The translations under genes were made by a program, and so were the position numbers. A stretch of DNA of 64,000 nucleotides, from assembly GCA_951406725.2 (NCBI GenBank), contig OX597832.1, positions 53,754,001 through 53,818,000 of the forward strand, given 5' to 3'. Positions 62,820 through 64,000 of this stretch are shown piece by piece. The notes under the pieces are model-generated. The model was given only the letters and a program-made list of their open reading frames with translations, did not search any database and was not told where the DNA came from. Origin of the DNA: Octopus vulgaris (Eukaryota). Within the stretch, counting starts at the first letter, position 1, and the number at the start of each line of letters is the position of its first letter.

Positions 62820-64000
62820 CCAGCATAGGCTAGTCATTAGTGACTTTAGGCTCGAGGCCAGAAGGATACCAAGAAGCAGACCAATCCAGAAAAGAATGAT
62901 TTGGAAGCTAAAGAACCCTTCACATGGTCAGAGATTTAGGGACATCCTCATCAAGAAATTTGATGAGAGGGAGGAGGAGCTACAGACATAGACATAGAAA
63001 GTAGCTGAAAATTCCTATGGGACAGCTTGGTGGGTGCCACAGACCAAGTCTGCGGATGGTGCAAAGTCCCTTCCAGATCTAGAGTTATGTGGTGGTGGAA
63101 TTGTACGGTAGACAAAGCCATTAGAGCAAAGAAACAGGCCTAGGAAGCCTGGAGGGATGGGGGTAGCAGGGAACTGTACCAGGTAGCCAAAAGGGAGGCT
63201 GGGTGGCAGGTATACATAGCCAAGGACGAAGCAGAAAAGAAGTTTGCCAATGTCCAGCAACGTGAGGACCAAAGAACTGTGGTATTTCGGATTGCTAGAC
63301 AGTGTGTGAGAGAAAATTGTGATGTCACAGGAAAGAAATGTGTCTGCATGGATGATGCTGCACTTACTTTTAATGTTTCTGAAAAGAAAGAGGCTTGGAG
63401 AAGCCATTATGAAAGACTGATGAATGTGGAGAATGAATGGGAGGAGGAGAGCCTACCAAATATTGACCCAGTAGAAGGACCAGCTATCCCTTTATCTACT
63501 AGGGACAGCTCCCTAGTAGATAAAGCAATTAAGAGTATGAAGCCTGGGAAAGCCTCCGGCCCATCAGGAATCACTGCTGATATGCTTAAAACATTTGGTA
63601 GTGTGAGCTATGGCCTAGTCACCCTCATTGTAAACCAGGTAGTACATAATGAAGCCATACCCAATGACTGGCGTAGCAGCACCATAGTCAACTGCAACAA
63701 GGGTAAAGGTGATGCTCTAGATAGAAATAGCTACAGGAGTATCAAACTGCTGGATCGGCTAATGAAGGTCACAGAGAGGGTCATAGCCCATCTCATTAGG
63801 GAGGGAGTCTGCTTAGATGAGATGCAGTTCGGTTTTGTTCCTGGTAGAAGCACCACTGATGCCATATTCCTGGTTTGACAACTGCAGGAGAAATACCTAG
63901 CCAAAGATAAACCCCTCTACTTAGCCTTCGTGGACTTGGAGAAAGCCTTTGACGGGGTCTCCTGATCCCTTATCTGGTGGGCAATGTGGAAACTGGAGAT
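62820..64000 (+). mobile_element. Decayed RTE-clade LINE running off the window
   Basis: MKPGKASGPSGI, IPNDWRSS, MQFGFVPGRSTTDAIF and AFVDLEKAFD motifs. Confidence 0.88.

Overview
Repeat-rich animal genomic DNA, most likely an octopus or other coleoid cephalopod. This is inferred from the tRNA-derived SINE families and microsatellite load, not from a database match. Host gene content is sparse. There is one coding exon of CYB5R4/NCB5OR on the + strand (38057-38327). Three pieces of a GT7 beta-1,4-galactosyltransferase-family gene lie on the - strand (58844-58657, 51387-51352, 47091-46767); the catalytic WGWGGEDD exon was not found and the gene ends in a (TKHDE)n tail. The rest is mostly mobile DNA: two SINE families, CR1/L2, RTE, R4/Dong and Tx1 LINE fragments, an IR/DR Tc1, two mariners, an 8-bp-TSD MITE and two solo LTRs. 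A ~515-bp tandem array (8 full units plus 1 partial) runs into a G-rich 18-mer repeat. The most notable feature is a dense set of Penelope-like elements and hammerhead-ribozyme (HHR) motifs at 44-62 kb. It includes Naiad-type PLE copies in (TA)n tracts, a 3.3-kb head-to-head palindrome, a fold-back centred on the ribozyme stem III, a palindromic element with G3:C8-variant HHRs, and a retrozyme-like ~320-350-bp partial tandem with a canonical-core HHR. All family assignments come from motif recognition by eye.
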